Shown: in pieces, positions 1-13,447 of the stretch
How the letters are laid out: every line of letters starts with the position of its first letter
How positions within the stretch are numbered: the stretch's first letter is position 1
DNA from: Eledone cirrhosa
Lineage: Eukaryota
Length of the DNA stretch: 64,000 bases
Direction of reading: 5' to 3'
NCBI GenBank assembly: GCA_964016885.1
Contig: OZ024742.1
Location: forward strand, 322,462,001 to 322,526,000
Notes under the pieces: model-generated
What the model saw: only the letters and a program-made list of their open reading frames with translations
The model's database searches: none
Told to the model about the DNA's origin: nothing
Made by a program: the position numbers and the translations under genes

Positions 1-65
1 AATACATACATTTAACAAATGAGACCGTAAAGGCATAAATACCAGTAAATGTCTTTACAAGGTAT

Positions 66-270
66 TTAAATTGATAATGCCCTTCTCAGAACATGGATAG
101 TGTCAGTCAGCACTATTTTCTGTATCTCTTGCACAGATGGCTTTACAGATATCTGATCCAAATATTTTTCAGTTCCCTTTTTTCTCATTTGAAGTGCACT
201 GACTACCACTGGTATTGTATAGGCTGTAAGATACCACATTTTATCAATTTCAGTTATCAGATCTTTAGCA
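66..270 (-). mobile_element. 3' relic of a restriction-like-endonuclease (REL) non-LTR retrotransposon (R4/Dong/NeSL-like C-terminus)
   Basis: ORF 66..293 reads DLITEIDKMW...TIPVVVSAL...KYLDQI...QEIQKIVLTDTIHVLRRAL*. This matches the 'DL..EI..MW....IPVV.GALG...L....I.EIQK..L..T..ILR..L' C-terminus of REL-type non-LTR ORFs. Confidence 0.7.
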
Positions 271-279
271 TCAGACACT

Positions 280-582
280 ATGCTTTGAAGCATAGTTATG
301 GCCCTTATGTTTTGAGTTCAAATCCTGCTGAGGTTAATTTTGCCTTTCATCTTTACAGGGTTGATAAAATAAAGTACCAGTAATGCACTGAGGTTGATTT
401 AATCAACTTTCCCCTCCCTCCAAAATTATTGGCCTTGTTCCTAAATCAGAAACCATTATTATTTCTGAGTTTGAATCCTGCCGAGGTTACCTTTGCCTTT
501 TATCCTTTCGGGGTCGATTTAATCGAATCTCGCCTCCCCACCAAATTGTTGGCCTTGTGCCTAAATCAGAAACCATTGTTAT
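280..582 (+). mobile_element. Two tandem partial copies of tRNA-derived SINE family A
   Basis: Both carry GAGTT(C/T)(A/G)AATCCTG (B-box-like), TTTGCCTTT..ATC.TT..GGG.TCGAT and the end GGCCTTGT.CCTAAATCAGAAACCATT. Confidence 0.75.
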
Positions 583-729
583 TATTTTTATAGAAATTGT
601 TTTAAATGAAAAATCTTAGAAATTATCATCATCAATATGGCCAATTGTAATACAACAAAATGAGTCAATATTGTGTCAAGTTAAATATTTTACACTGCTA
701 TTAATATTTTCTTATTTATAATTTATGTT

Positions 730-1178
730 GGTGCCATAGTAAAATGCACTCAGTACACTCTGTAAAGTAGTCAGTGTTAAGGATATCCAACTGTAGAAAC
801 CATGCCAAGAATAGAGGATTCTTTAGTTGTGCCAAGGACATGACACTCCCTAGTGCTGGTGTCATGATAATATACATCCAATACACTTTGTAAAGTGGTT
901 GGTGTAAGGAAGGGCATCTAGCTGTAGAAACCATGCCAAAATGTGTAGAGGATTCTTCAGTTGTATCAAGGAACTGACAACCTCTGTAGAGCTGATGTTA
1001 CAATTAAATACATCCAGTATACTCTGTGAGGTGGTTAGCATTAGGAAAGGCAAATATAGAAACCAAGCAAATATGAAATGTATCTGGCTAAGACATGGTT
1101 CCTCGAACCATCTAAAACAGTAACTCCAATTAAGTACTTAGTCTGTAATGATTTGTCCAACCAATGCCAGCATGGAAA
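730..1178 (+). mobile_element. Degenerate tandem fragments of SINE family B / RTE 3'-UTR-derived repeat
   Basis: Three copies of 'GTGGTTGGTGT.AGGAAGGGCATC.AGCTGTAGAAACC', ending in CCA.TGCCAGCATGGAAAAACAGATGTAAA. Confidence 0.7.
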
Positions 1179-1195
1179 AACAGATGTAAAATAAT

Positions 1196-1380
1196 TGTTT
1201 CTACTTTAGGCACAAGGCCAGCAATTATCCAGTGCATTACTGGTACTTTATTTTATCGACCCCGTAAGGATGAAAGGCAAAGTCAACCTCGGCGGGATTT
1301 GAACTCAGATCGTAAAGGGACGTAACTATGCTGGAAAGCATGGCGTCCGACCCTCCACCGATACTGCCAATCCACCGTCC
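1196..1380 (-). mobile_element. Young SINE family A copy with 17-bp target-site duplication
   Basis: TSD AACAGATGTAAAATAAT at 1179-1195 and 1381-1397. Near-identical by eye to the + strand copy at 42687-42870. Confidence 0.85.
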
Positions 1381-1789
1381 AACAGATGTAAAATAATGAT
1401 AATTATTAAGTGTTGCCGAATTATTACTACTACTACTCTACAATAAAATTCCACTCATTATTACTAGTTGTTTTTTTTTTTTTTTTGTATTTTCCTCCAC
1501 ACTTCTGGAAATCACATAACAATTGGTATGTAACTAGATACATAGACACACAAACATGCAGAGAGAGAGAGAGAATGCACACTGTGATATACAATTATGG
1601 AAAATTGGACAGGCATCAAAATAATTTCATTTTTTCCTCCTCCAACATGATAGTTGTTCAGTATAAGGGTTTCCATATTTTTTATGTTTTCATTGATACT
1701 TTTCGGTTCCCACTATTTTTTTCAGAACATTTTATTTCAACAATTAGCTGCTATTTTTAGCTGTCTAGATATTTCTACAGTTTAGCAAT

Positions 1790-2020
1790 CTCTCTCTCCT
1801 CCTCTCCCTCTTTACCTTCTCACACTCTTTACCTTCCCTCTCCCCCCTCTCAACCTTTTATCTCCCCTCCCTCTCACTATTCCCCCCCCTCTCTCTCTCT
1901 CTCTCCATCATTATCTCCCTTACTCTCTCCCCCTATTCTTCTCCTTTTCTTCTCTCTCTCTCTCTACCGTCACTCTCTCACGTTCTTTTTCCACCGTCTC
2001 ATTCTCCCCCCCCCCCCTCC
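1790..2020. repeat. CT-rich polypyrimidine low-complexity tract
   Basis: (CT)n and C runs with almost no G. Confidence 0.85.
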
Positions 2021-2424
2021 ACACTTTTCACAAATCTTCTGTGTTATGTTATCTTTGTAGGTTTCGGTATTGCCCACATTTTAGCTATATTTCCAATAAA
2101 ATTGCCATTCCATCATATTTCACTGATGCAATGATAAACCTACCTCTTCTCTTTCACAATTTAAATCCCAAATTGTCTCTAATATATATATATATATAGT
2201 GGTTGTGTAGGTATCACAACAAAAAGCATCCAGTGCTCACTGTAAATGAGGTTGGCATTAGGAAGGCCATCCAGCTGTAGAAACAAGCCAAAATCGGTTC
2301 TGTATGAGCAAGACATTGCTCACAACAGGACAACTCGTCTAACTCATGCCAACATGGAGAAATGGCTATAAAACGATAATGATAATGATTTTTACTATAT
2401 ATATATAATATTACTCTGAAAGTA

Positions 2425-2815
2425 TAGTAGCTAGAATGAGAACAAGATGGAAAAAGTTCAGGGAGCTTTAATACCTTTGTTGACAACAAAAGGTTTCTCT
2501 CTACTAACAAAAGGGTTGCTATATGATGTATGTGTGCAAAGTACCATATTGCATTGAAGTGAAACGGGTGCCATAAGTGCAGAGAATATGCAAAAGCTAG
2601 AGAGAAATGAAACGAGCATGCTTTGATGGATGTGTTGTTAATGTGTATGAATGGCGAAGCATAGATGAGCCAACAGTGAAACTTACAGAGAAATCAAATG
2701 TCAGGTGCAAGAGAGAAGACTGCGCTGGTATGACCATGTGATGTGTATGGATAATAATCATTGGGTGAAGAAGTGTAAAGGAAGTAAAGGGAAAGAAGGA
2801 AGACCTAGGCAGAAA
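2425..2815 (+). mobile_element. Old, degraded RTE LINE ORF2 3' fragment
   Basis: GTAGCTAGAATGAGAACAAGATGGAAAAAGTTCAGGGAGCTT and MQERRLRWYDHVMCMD...GRPR are homologous to [17 protein letters not shown]...ERRLRWYGHVMRM...GRPR of the young RTE at 18.9 kb. Confidence 0.8.
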
Positions 2816-3079
2816 TGCTCAATGTGGGGAATCTGTGAGGAAGACCTGTCCAGCTCGTGCAAGCATTCAGCTGAAAAAAAAAGGATTGATGGAACTCTTC
2901 AGTTCAAAGGCATGGGAATCTTCCTAGTGCTGGTACCACAATAAAGTGCATCCAGTACACTCTATAGTGTGTGGCGACATGTGTGACACTTGGCCCCTGG
3001 TCTGCCAGATAGGTCAGTAGCTCCAACCAAATAATGACTTGGTCTGTGATGACACATCCAACCTTGCTAGCAGGGGAAA

Positions 3080-3440
3080 TTCTTCTTCTTCTCCCACTTA
3101 TTCCTGAGAGGGTCATGGGGGCAGAGTTCTCAAAACTCTTTCCAGCGGGTCCTGTCAGAAGCAACCATCTCCAGCTGATCAGGCTGGATCCCCAAGCATG
3201 ACTAGCCAAGCTGGAGAAGTAGTGGCTCTACCTGGAGTGACTCTCTGATCTCTGAGTTACGCACTTTATCAAGTAACATTACTCCAAAGACCCTTCGGAG
3301 GAATTCTATTTTGGCTCCTTGTATACATGATCGTATTCTTTTGGTTGTTACCCAAAATTCATGACCATATGTAAGGGTTGGCATGAAAACCGAATTGAAT
3401 ATAGCAAGTTTGGCTTTTACGCCTACCTTCCTTCTGATTA
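3080..3440 (-). mobile_element. 3' fragment of a second RTE-type LINE family with a (GAA)n tail
   Basis: MPTLTYGHEFWVTTKRIRSCIQGAKIEFLRRVFGVMLLDKVRNSEIRESLQVEPLLL is a typical RTE post-RT region. The 3' end is ...CTCTCAGGAATAAGTGGGAGAAGAAGAAGA; the same end occurs on + at 13308-13447. Confidence 0.75.
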
Positions 3441-3948
3441 CTGAATACTGAAACAGGGAAAATGAATGTTAAAATTACGATATATAAATATGTGGTTCAG
3501 ATTGTTTGGGGAAAGGCAGTACAATGAAACTTAAGAATAAAAGAGTGTAAACAGACTGCCGTCAATACACACACCGTCATCATTGCCATCATTTTAAGTC
3601 AGATTTTAATTGTACTTTTCTACTGTCGATAGAAGTTGACAAGTAAATTTTACTTCTTGAGAAATTGAGCTCAGAACCAGGAGATATCAAGCTCAGTGTA
3701 CTATACAAGTTAACTCACTACCGTTTGAGCTATCTGTGCCCTACTGTGTGAGTGTGTATGTTTGCATATATCAATGACACGCACGCACGCACACACACGC
3801 ACACACACACGGGTGTGTGTGAATTATACACACATAAAATACACATACAAATATGAAGCATGCATATAGAGAGAGAGCATGGAAAAGCAGTGGCAAGATG
3901 ATGATTATGATATGTATGTATATGAAACATAAATAAAAATACATATAA

Positions 3949-3981
<33 letters not shown>

Positions 3982-5710
3982 TTTATACAAACCTATATAG
4001 TGTGTATAAACAGACACACACACACACACGCATAGTGCCGTTGTATGCCAAAGTTTATTGACTGTTGTACTGTATTATCTACAGCAAGCTGATTAGGTGT
4101 TTTATGACAGTTGAGTCTGTCATTAACAAAGATAGGATCTAGAGTTAATTGGCTGCTTAGATTGGATAATGTTTCTCGGATAACGAGGACAGTTGTGGGT
4201 GGATGGGTGGTGGGAGGAAGATGATCTGTGGGAGAGGGGGAAATGAGTATGAGAGTTTGGAGATGAATAGAGAGATGTGTGTGTGAGAGAGAGAGGGATG
4301 CAATCGATATGAGAGAGGTGAGTGGGTTTCATAGTGATGATGGCCTATTCACATTTCATAAGATTGGCAGATAATTTACGAGTTGTGAATTATTTGAAAA
4401 ATTTTCCAACTTTCTAATATAATGGTGTGAGTGCTGGTGGTAAGGTGTTTGTGTGTGGTTGTTGCGGGGGTGGTGATGAAGGTTGTAATTGCATGTGATG
4501 GTGGTGATGGTTGTATGTGATGATGGAGGTGTTTGTGTATTATGATGGTGAGGATGGTAGTAGTAGTAGTGATGGGTTAGGGTTGCATGGGATAGCTGCA
4601 GTGTGCATGGTGATGGCGGTGATGATGATTGTGGTATGGGTAGTGGTGTTGGTGAGGTGGCAGAATTTCAAAACTTTAAAGGTGGTAATTAGAATGTTTC
4701 CTGTGTTAAACAAAATATAAATTATTTTTTTTAGTTGTTTTTGTTTTTCTTTTCTATTAGTTATGAAAAATTGGAATATTTGATACCATATATAAATTTA
4801 CAAAGGTGGCGAATTGGCAAAATCTTTGGGGCATCAAACTACTTTGTGGCATTTGATTTGGTTTCTTGCATTTCAAGTTCAAATACTGCTGAGGTCAATT
4901 TTGCCTTTCTTCTTTTGGGAGTAAATAAGATAAAGTATCAGTCTTGTGTGGTGGTGTGGTAGAATTGTTAGAGCATTAAACAAAATGCCTTGCAATCATT
5001 TGTTCTAACTCTGTGCATTCTAAGTTCAAATCTTACTATCCATTATTTGGCTGGTAAACTTAATCTGTTGCCTGGTTTAACACAATTTGAGTTTTGGAGA
5101 CCATTAGTATTGTTCACTCTGTTGCAAACATGCCAGCCAGGTTCCTAGTTTGAAGATTGTTTCATTCCTCCTGACTAAATATTAAAAAAAAATATCTACT
5201 TAATACTGACTTGGAGTTAAACAATGACTTATCTGGCAGTTTTTGTCAAGCTTTTTTTTCTACTTTGAAAGATATCTTCCTCTCTTCAGTCTCAGAAAAC
5301 CTGAACAAGTAAAGGGGGTCATAGATACTAACCATACCTCACTGTCTAAATAGTAAAAATAGAAAAAAAAGTTGAGCAATTGAAGCAGTTGAATAAGTTA
5401 TCTTATTTGTCTGGAATCAGTATGCTTACTTTTACTTGCACTTGTGTCAGTATTCACCCAGAATTAGTGTTAAGCTGGCAGTATATCCACAGCATCACGA
5501 ACAAAGGTCACTTGTGCACTGCGATTACTGACATTCAATGTGGGTACTGTCAGTGAAACATGATTCCAATGGTGGACACCATAGATGCTGGCTCCAACCA
5601 ATGTATCCATAGCTTTGTGAACAGCGCCTATGTACAACAATCACTGATGTACAACAAAGATATTGTGAACAGAGCCTGTCCATGTACAAGTCAATAGTCC
5701 CTACAAGTCC

Positions 5711-6789
5711 TTAACTCTTCTGATACCAAATCTGTCGGAAACTGTCTTGGTCTCTATGATACAAAACTGTTTGTTTTAAAGTGTTTATATCTCTCTAAAA
5801 ACATTTTCCACCATATTTTATGTGAGAACCTTAGTTGTGTTATATTAAAATGATTAGCTTATTAATGAGAAAGTTAGTTATATTACTAAATTCCTCCAAA
5901 TTCTTGATCATTTTCACAATGATTTGAAAATTATAGATTGTCTTTCATAAGAAATATAGTGATAAAGGTTTAAGCATTTTTATTTATCTAAAAACCTTCC
6001 ATCATAATTTTATGTAAGAACATTCCAAACAACAGATAATTAATATGAAAGTTAGATTACTAAATTCTTCCAAATTATTATTTTCAAAATTATTTGAAAA
6101 TCAGAGGCAGTGTGTTTCATGAGAAATATGGTAACAAAAGAGTTAAAATTGTATATATCCATCTAACAACCTTCCATCATAATTTTATGTAACATTTGTT
6201 ATGTGAAGGTGCATGGCTTAGTGGTTAGACCATTGGGCTTGCAATCAAAAGGTTGTGAGTTCAATTCTCGGACCAGGTGATGTTTTTTTCTTGAGCAAGA
6301 CACTTTATTTCACATTACTCCAGTTTACTCAGCTGTAGAAATGAGATGATTGGACTGGGGTCCCTATCATTCCACTGCAAAGTGGTCGTGGAGGTGCCAT
6401 GGCAAAAAAAGCACCCAGCCCACACTGTAAAAGTGGACGTGTAGGCACTACGGAAAAAAAGCACCCAGCACTCACTGTAAATGAGGTTGGTGTTAGGAAG
6501 GGCATTCATCTGTAGAAATCAAGCAGAAATCAAGCAGAATCAGTTCCCGTATGAGGAAGACAAGGTCAGCCGACCGGACACTGCTCACAACAGGACAACC
6601 CGTCTAACCCATGCTAGTGTAGAAGAACAGACATAAAACGGTGATGATGATGATTTGTTATGTTCTGAAATACAGATAAATAATGAGAAATTTATATAAC
6701 TGAATCATTTCAAATTTTTTATTATTTTCAAAAGATTTGGAAATTACTGGTAGTGTCCTTCCTTAGAAATATGGTAATCAAAGGTTTAA
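5711..6789 (+). mobile_element. Cluster of piggyBac-type MITE copies (one complete, two partial tandem copies), the last interrupted by a SINE
   Basis: TTAACTCTTCTGATACC start; recurring end motif AGAAATAT(A/G)GT.A..AAA.G.TTAA at ~5973, ~6146 and ~6789. Homologous to 37645-37894. Confidence 0.6.
6205..6652 (+). mobile_element. Full-length tRNA-derived SINE family B with (TGA)n tail and 11-bp TSD
   Basis: A box TGGCTTAGTGG, B box GAGTTCAATTC, CORE-like CTTGAGCAAGACACTTTA and RTE-like 3' end. TSD ATTTGTTATGT at 6194-6204 and 6653-6663. Confidence 0.85.
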
Positions 6790-8095
6790 TGATGTTTCAT
6801 CCTGCTGTGTGTCTAAGCTTTACCATCACTGGCATAGTGGAGCATGTGACAGTGATGATGATAAGTATGTGGGTGATGATGATGTTTATTTCTGTACTTT
6901 TTCATGTTGTTGGTGACACATGTTCTTATATAAATTACAAAAACATGTAGGAAAAAAAATTGCTAACCCTTTCGATATCAACCTGTTTGAGACCACTCCT
7001 GCTCTTACGATACAGAACCTCCAATTTGAAAGTATCTAAATTTGACCCTTCTATCATCTTGCTGATCATTTGTCTGTCTTTACATGCTAACATGAATTAG
7101 CTGAGTCTTACCCATTACAGCTTCCCTTCACTTGTCTCTTTCCTTCATCTCCTCCTCTCTGAAGTTCAGTGTCCTGAGATCAGCTCCTACCATCGCTGCT
7201 TAGGTTTCACTTGGTCTTCTTCTTCTGCAGCTATCATTTAACTGGAGCTTTTTTCATCCAATGACCATCATCCATACAAAATCCTTTGCAATATTTAATT
7301 AGGGCTCTTTACATTTTGAGTTAAAATCCTACCATGCTCAACTTTGCTTTTCATCCTTTCAGAATCAATAAAATAAAGTACCTGTCAAGAACTAGGAGTC
7401 AATATAATTGATTTCCCCTTTTCCTAAAATTGGTAGCCTTGTGCCTAAATTAGAAACCATTATTTGGTTGCTGTTGATGGTGATGCCATTCATAGATGAG
7501 TTGTCATTAACAACTGTTTCTTCTCTCTCTCTCTCTCTCCAGCAGCAATATGAATGACGTGCAGTATATATTACGGTGTAGACTTGGTGACAGCAGCAGC
7601 TGTTCTTGTGATGGTAGTGTAGTAGTTGTGGTGGTGGTGGTGGTGTTGGGGGTAGCATTAGTGACAGTGGGGGTGGTTCTATTAGTGCAGTGGGTGGTGC
7701 TGGTAGTTACTGGTGACTATCCTTGTAGAAATGTTAATAAAATGTTGTCAGCATTGCTTGATGCATATTATGGCTCCACTGTACATATACATTATTTGTT
7801 TGTAATGTGTGTGATTGTGTGAATGTGTATGTATGTATATGTGATTTTGTGTGTGACTGTATGTGTAATTGTCTTTGTGTGTGTTTCTTCTTATTTTTTC
7901 TATGTGTGCATATGATTCTGTGTGTGGTGTGTGTGTGTGAAAGAATCCCTTATAAAATTTCCCAAAAGCACTGAACTCATGCCTATATTTTACAGATAAT
8001 CACAGAACCTTGATTTTAATAAGACATCAAATGATACAAATATTATTTTAGAGCATTTATTCATAAATTAAGATAGACATAGACTTTGAAGTTTT

Positions 8096-8328
8096 ATTAA
8101 CTCATCAACATACTTTTAATGAAATGTATTTCAATTAATTTTGAAAATAATTAAGAATTTCCAGGATCTTAGTAAAATAACTAACTTTTCACTATTAACA
8201 AAGGTTAACATAGAATTACATTGGAAGGTTTTAATGTAAATATGGACACTTTAAACTGGAATTTGTTTTTTTTTTGTGTGTCAAAGATCCTAAAGTAATA
8301 ATGGGCAGATTTGTATGAAAAGAGTTAA
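8096..8328 (-). mobile_element. piggyBac-type MITE copy (degraded)
   Basis: TTAACTC...AAAAGAGTTAA boundaries; interior is the reverse complement of the 5711/37645 family. Confidence 0.5.
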
Positions 8329-9044
8329 GACATGTTATCTTGCAGAACTCCACAATTTTGTTGTGGAACTCTGAAATGTTTTCCCAAAACCCTAAAAAAT
8401 GTTCACTAAACCCTAGAATTTTTCATAGAACCTACTTTGCTAGGTGTTCATTTGAGTAAAAATCAATTGTCACTTGGAATTAAATCTATTTTTTTATATT
8501 GAAACTGGAGCAACTACTGGTGACTAAATAGTTGAAAGGTTGTATCTTCTCCAACCCATTTGGTTTGATCCAAGCAGCTGTGAGACACCATTTTCGAAAA
8601 CACAGTATGAAGAAGCCTGTCTATTTCTCACTCTCTTTGGTTCTCTTAATTCATTCCTCCCTCTCTCTCTCTCCCCCCTTATGGTGAATATTAAACAACA
8701 ATTGACACCAGATTTCAATGAGTGAATTAGAGCAAAAACTGACAAAATATATATAGAGACAAAAAAAAAAGAAATACATATAGAAAATCAATTTTGACAA
8801 GCATTTCTATCGAGATGACACAAATTATAAAAAGATTGATTGGTTTGGCATTCTTATTATTCCTGCTGTTGTTGTTATTAGCAATGATGGGTTAGAAGAA
8901 TTGGTAATATCTGAATGCCTTGCGGTATATGTTCTGGTTCTTTACATTATGAGTTCAAATCCTGCCACGGTCAATTTTATCTTTCATTCTTCTTGGGTTG
9001 ATAAAAATAAAGTATCATTTAAGTACTAAGATCTAAAGTCTGTC

Positions 9045-9297
9045 TTAAGCCAGAAGACTGGTGCTTATCCCGGTTTCATGGCATGAAGCAACTGAGAGTA
9101 CAAGACCCCCCCCTCCCCTTCCTGGACAAGATGCCAAAACCCCCAGCTATTGCTGGTACTCATTTTCATCTGAGTATACTGGAACAATGGGAAATGAAGT
9201 GTTTTCCTCATGAACACATGCGACCCAACCCAGGAATTGAACCCACAACATTATGATCATAAGTCCAACACCCTTAGCACTAGGCCATGTGCCTCCA
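9045..9297 (-). mobile_element. tRNA-derived SINE (CORE-like body)
   Basis: Reverse strand starts GGAGGCACATGGCCTAGTGCTAAG...GGGTTCAATTCCTGG...CTCAGATGAAAATGAGTACCAGC. Confidence 0.75.
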
Positions 9298-11102
9298 CAT
9301 TTAAGTACTAAAGGATGTCAATTTAATTGATTACCCTATTCCCAATAAAAAATATTTCTGGTTTTGTGTCTACATAAATTATTAGAATGGTAGATTGGCA
9401 GAATCATTAGAGCATCAGACAAAATGTCTTGTGATATTTGTTTCAGCTCTCTATGTCTAAAACACCCTACCTAAAGTCAGTTTTATATTTCTTCCTTCTG
9501 GTTTGAAAATATAAAGTAACAATTAAGTACTGGGGTTGGTTTAATTGACTTGCCTTTCCTCATAGATTGCTGACCTGTTCTGCATAAATAAGAAAACGTT
9601 ATTATGAGCTGGGGTGGATTGACAGAATTGTTAGAGTACCTGAAAACTCAGTTACTTAATGTCAATGAAACCAGGATAAACTCCGGCTAAACATTTTAAA
9701 GCCATGTTCTCTGTTAAGGGTTAGCCTTGAAGACCCTATGATAGTCTTTTTAATGGAGTACTTGCGGTAATCTTTTGCTGTCAGATGCCCTTTCTGGTAC
9801 TAACCGCTTTAGTCGACTCTTAAGACATGCAGGGATATGGTGTACCGATCCTAAACATGGATACACTGTACCCATATAGAATTAAATGTTATTATAGGTC
9901 AGATGTATGCATATATCAGCAATAATATGCCATATGTGTTTGTATATCTATGCATATCTCCATCTGTAATTCTTTAAAGATTTACACACAGTGAGCTTCA
10001 TATGCAAATGCACAGATATGTATACAAACACTAAACAGATACATATGTAATAATGAATGGGGAAGTGGATGGTGAAAGGTTTATGGAAAAGAGAGAGGAA
10101 ACAACATTCTAAGATGTAGGTGTATGCGCATATCTGTTTATATTTACACACAGATATATAATTTTAATCAACCATAATACACCATATATGTTTATATTTA
10201 CACATCTCCATCGGTATATCTTTAAAATTTACACATACAAAAACATACGTACACATCTACACATACATACATTTATACATACAATCCATTTCCTACCGCA
10301 GTCATGTTGCTACAATATGTCAGAATGAAGTTGTCATGAGTGACACGAAAAAGGAGGGATTCATTTGACACTTACAATACAATAGTTTAACTTTGATGAA
10401 TAATGTATTCAGTTGGGGTTATTCATATGGTTACTGCTTTGAAGTTTTACACACACACACGCACACGCACGCGCACCAGTATCTAATAGATGTCACTGAC
10501 CTCTCAGATGTCATTCACTCTGCATCTGTTTACATAGATGTTGTATCATGGCACCAATATTAGAGAAGTTTTTATGACTTAGACATTACTGAAAAGTCCT
10601 CTCGAACCTTTGTTTGGCAAGTTTCTATGGTTGGATGCCCTTCCTATCACCATTTTACTGAGTGTACTGTTGCATTTAGAGTGTCACCAATACTAGAGAG
10701 ATTGTTAGTTATTGACTTAACTTATATATATATATATATAAATTCATACGCATGCTCACACACACACACACACACACAATCTTGGTGTATATGCCATACC
10801 AATCTTGGAACCATAAATTAAATACATTCAGCATTATTGTTGTCATTACTGATGGCACAGATCCACTAGTATGTATAAAGTTCATTGTGAAACTGTCAAC
10901 ATGTGTGTATACTGTGATTAATATTGCACTGGATAGCAAACCAATAACATTACCATAGTAACAGCTGTTGTACTATGTCACTAAGTTCAATAATTTAATT
11001 TATTGAACTATATAAACTAAATTGAGTTCAATAAACTAGTTTTGGTTGCTTCATTCAGACCACATGTTGCTAAGGGCTGTTGAGAAGTCATGTTGTTACA
11101 AT

Positions 11103-11371
11103 CAGAAGTGTATCTATGGTATGCTAAGCATGACACATGCCATGGGCGTCACATGGACTTGAAGCACATTCTATTAAAGTCAAATAAACCTCGTCAGAGA
11201 TTGAAATAAGAAACTTTTTTCAAATGTCTGATCTGTCTCTGTCATGGGTGAGAACACTATGGTGGCTGGATCATTACACCATTAATATAAATTATTAGGC
11301 CCATACAGTGCTGGGCAGGGACGCAATTTCACAACTTGCGATAGGTGCTATTTCCCTTAACTATGCTTCTG
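11103..11371. mobile_element. hAT-type MITE (269 bp) with 8-bp TSD
   Basis: Imperfect TIRs CAGAAGTGTATCTA / rc CAGAAGCATAGTTA (10/14). Flanks are GTTACAAT (11095-11102) and TTTACAAT (11372-11379). Confidence 0.65.
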
Positions 11372-12654
11372 TTTACAATCATTTAACTTTGTTCTATAAA
11401 TCATTTGGCTTAGTGGCTTGAGTGTTGGGTTTACATTTGCAAGGTTGTGGGTTCGATTCACAGACCAGGTAGTATATTGTTCCTCTCCCCCCTCAGCTGA
11501 AAAATATGAATGGCAGCAGCTGGGATTTAACTTTGTGATAGACTGTTGTCCTGTCCTCCAGTATCTATTGATTAATATCTCATGAAACCATGATAAGCTT
11601 CTGAGCTTAGGACCAATTTATACTTTCCTTTCATTTCTATATTTCTAATGAAAGGTAATTAATTTTATTAACCTGCTATTTGGAACATAACAAAATTTTT
11701 TTTTAATATAAAATTATGATGTAAGGCTTTTACATAAGTATATTTAAAATAAAGTTTTGTATCATACAACCTGGTAGTTAGGTAACGAAAGGGTCAAAAT
11801 ATATCTGAAGGATTCATACCTACTTAATCTAAACTATAATAAAGTAAGGAGTGCGGGACTGCGTACAGTTTATTTCTTTTAATCCAGTTAGTAAAATAGG
11901 TTGGATTACTTTGAATAAATAATGAATTAATATTACATAATTTATGTACTAAATTTCGTAAATATAAATAATTTAAAATTGACTTTTCAAAGTTTCAAAT
12001 TTTTACACTTCCGGTATATTGTCGCCACCACCACCACTTCAACTACCATATATATAGAAAGAGAGAGTTTGTGATGAGAGAGATAATGATTATAATTTTC
12101 TACACGCTGACGCGTATGATTGTACACATACATACATCTATATGTATGAGCATATATATAATCGCGCAAACACAAACTTATAAAAATACACGCTCACGGA
12201 CATACATTCAGATAAATACACATACTTTCACACGTATACATTTACACAAACACACATTTACACAGACACACACATACAGTCATGATAGCGTTCGGTGAAT
12301 TGGAAATGGGAGGGTAAAACAAGTATAACGTTTTATTTATTAACAACATAGTTTAACTCTTTTGTAAAAAAAAAAAAACATTTGTATAAAAATTTAATAT
12401 AATGCTTACAGAACGAAAACACAAACAAATATAATATATACAAAGGAAAGGAAAACGAAAACAAAAAGAGAAAAAAGCACAAGCACGTAATGCACACATC
12501 TAAGACCACATATGCTGGATAATGTAGTTAGCTAACAGAACACGGTATTTTAGGATGTTGTTCCGTTCAGCTGCGGATGCTGTAGCTCTCAACCCTTACT
12601 GCTGCATCCACGATGTGGGAAGAAGAAAAAGAGTCACTAACTGTGATGTCCCAT

Positions 12655-13080
12655 TCACACAAACACACACATACTTTCACACAAACACACACATACTTTC
12701 ACACACACATACTTTCACACAAACACACACATACTTTCACACAAACACACACATACTTTCACACAAACACACACATACTTTCACACAAACACACACATAC
12801 TTTCACACAAACACACACATACTTTCACACAAACACACACATACTTTCACACAAACACACACATACTTTCACACAAACACACACATACTTTCACACAAAC
12901 ACACACATACTTTCACACAAACACACACATACTTTCACACAAACACACACATACTTTCACACAAACACACACATACTTTCACACAAACACACACATACTT
13001 TCACACAAACACACACATACTTTCACACAAACACACACATACTTTCACACAAACACACACATACTTTCACATAAACACAC
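12655..13080. repeat. 22-bp minisatellite (ACACAAACACACACATACTTTC), ~19 near-perfect copies
   Basis: Seen directly; it produces the 22-aa periodicity of ORFs 12555 and 12613. Confidence 0.95.
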
Positions 13081-13307
13081 ATACAGTCATGATAGCGTTC
13101 GGTGAATTGGAAATGGGAGGGTAAATATTTATTTATTAATAAGTTTAACTCTTTTTTTTTTTTTTTTTTTTTTTAAACTCATTTGTATAAAAATTTAATA
13201 TAATGATTACAGAACGAAAACACTAACAAATATAAATACACAAGCACGTAATACCCACATCTTAGACCACACATAACAATATGCAGGCGAAAGAATGGAT
13301 AACATTC

Positions 13308-13447
13308 ATGAGCTTGGCTGGTCACGCTTTGGGATCCAGCTGGATCAGTTAGAGATGTTTGCTTCTGACAAACTCGCTGGAAGGAGCGTTTGAGAAGGAC
13401 TCTTCCCCCACGACCCTCTCAGAAATAAGTGGGCGAAGAAGAAGAAA
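13308..13447 (+). mobile_element. 3' terminus of the (GAA)n-tailed RTE family
   Basis: Reverse-complement homologue of 3080-3210, ending AATAAGTGGGCGAAGAAGAAGAA. Confidence 0.7.

Noticed and set aside
8340-8445. Possible hAT/Charlie MITE remnant (GGAACTC/AACCCTA motifs)
   Set aside because: No TIR pair or TSD could be defined.
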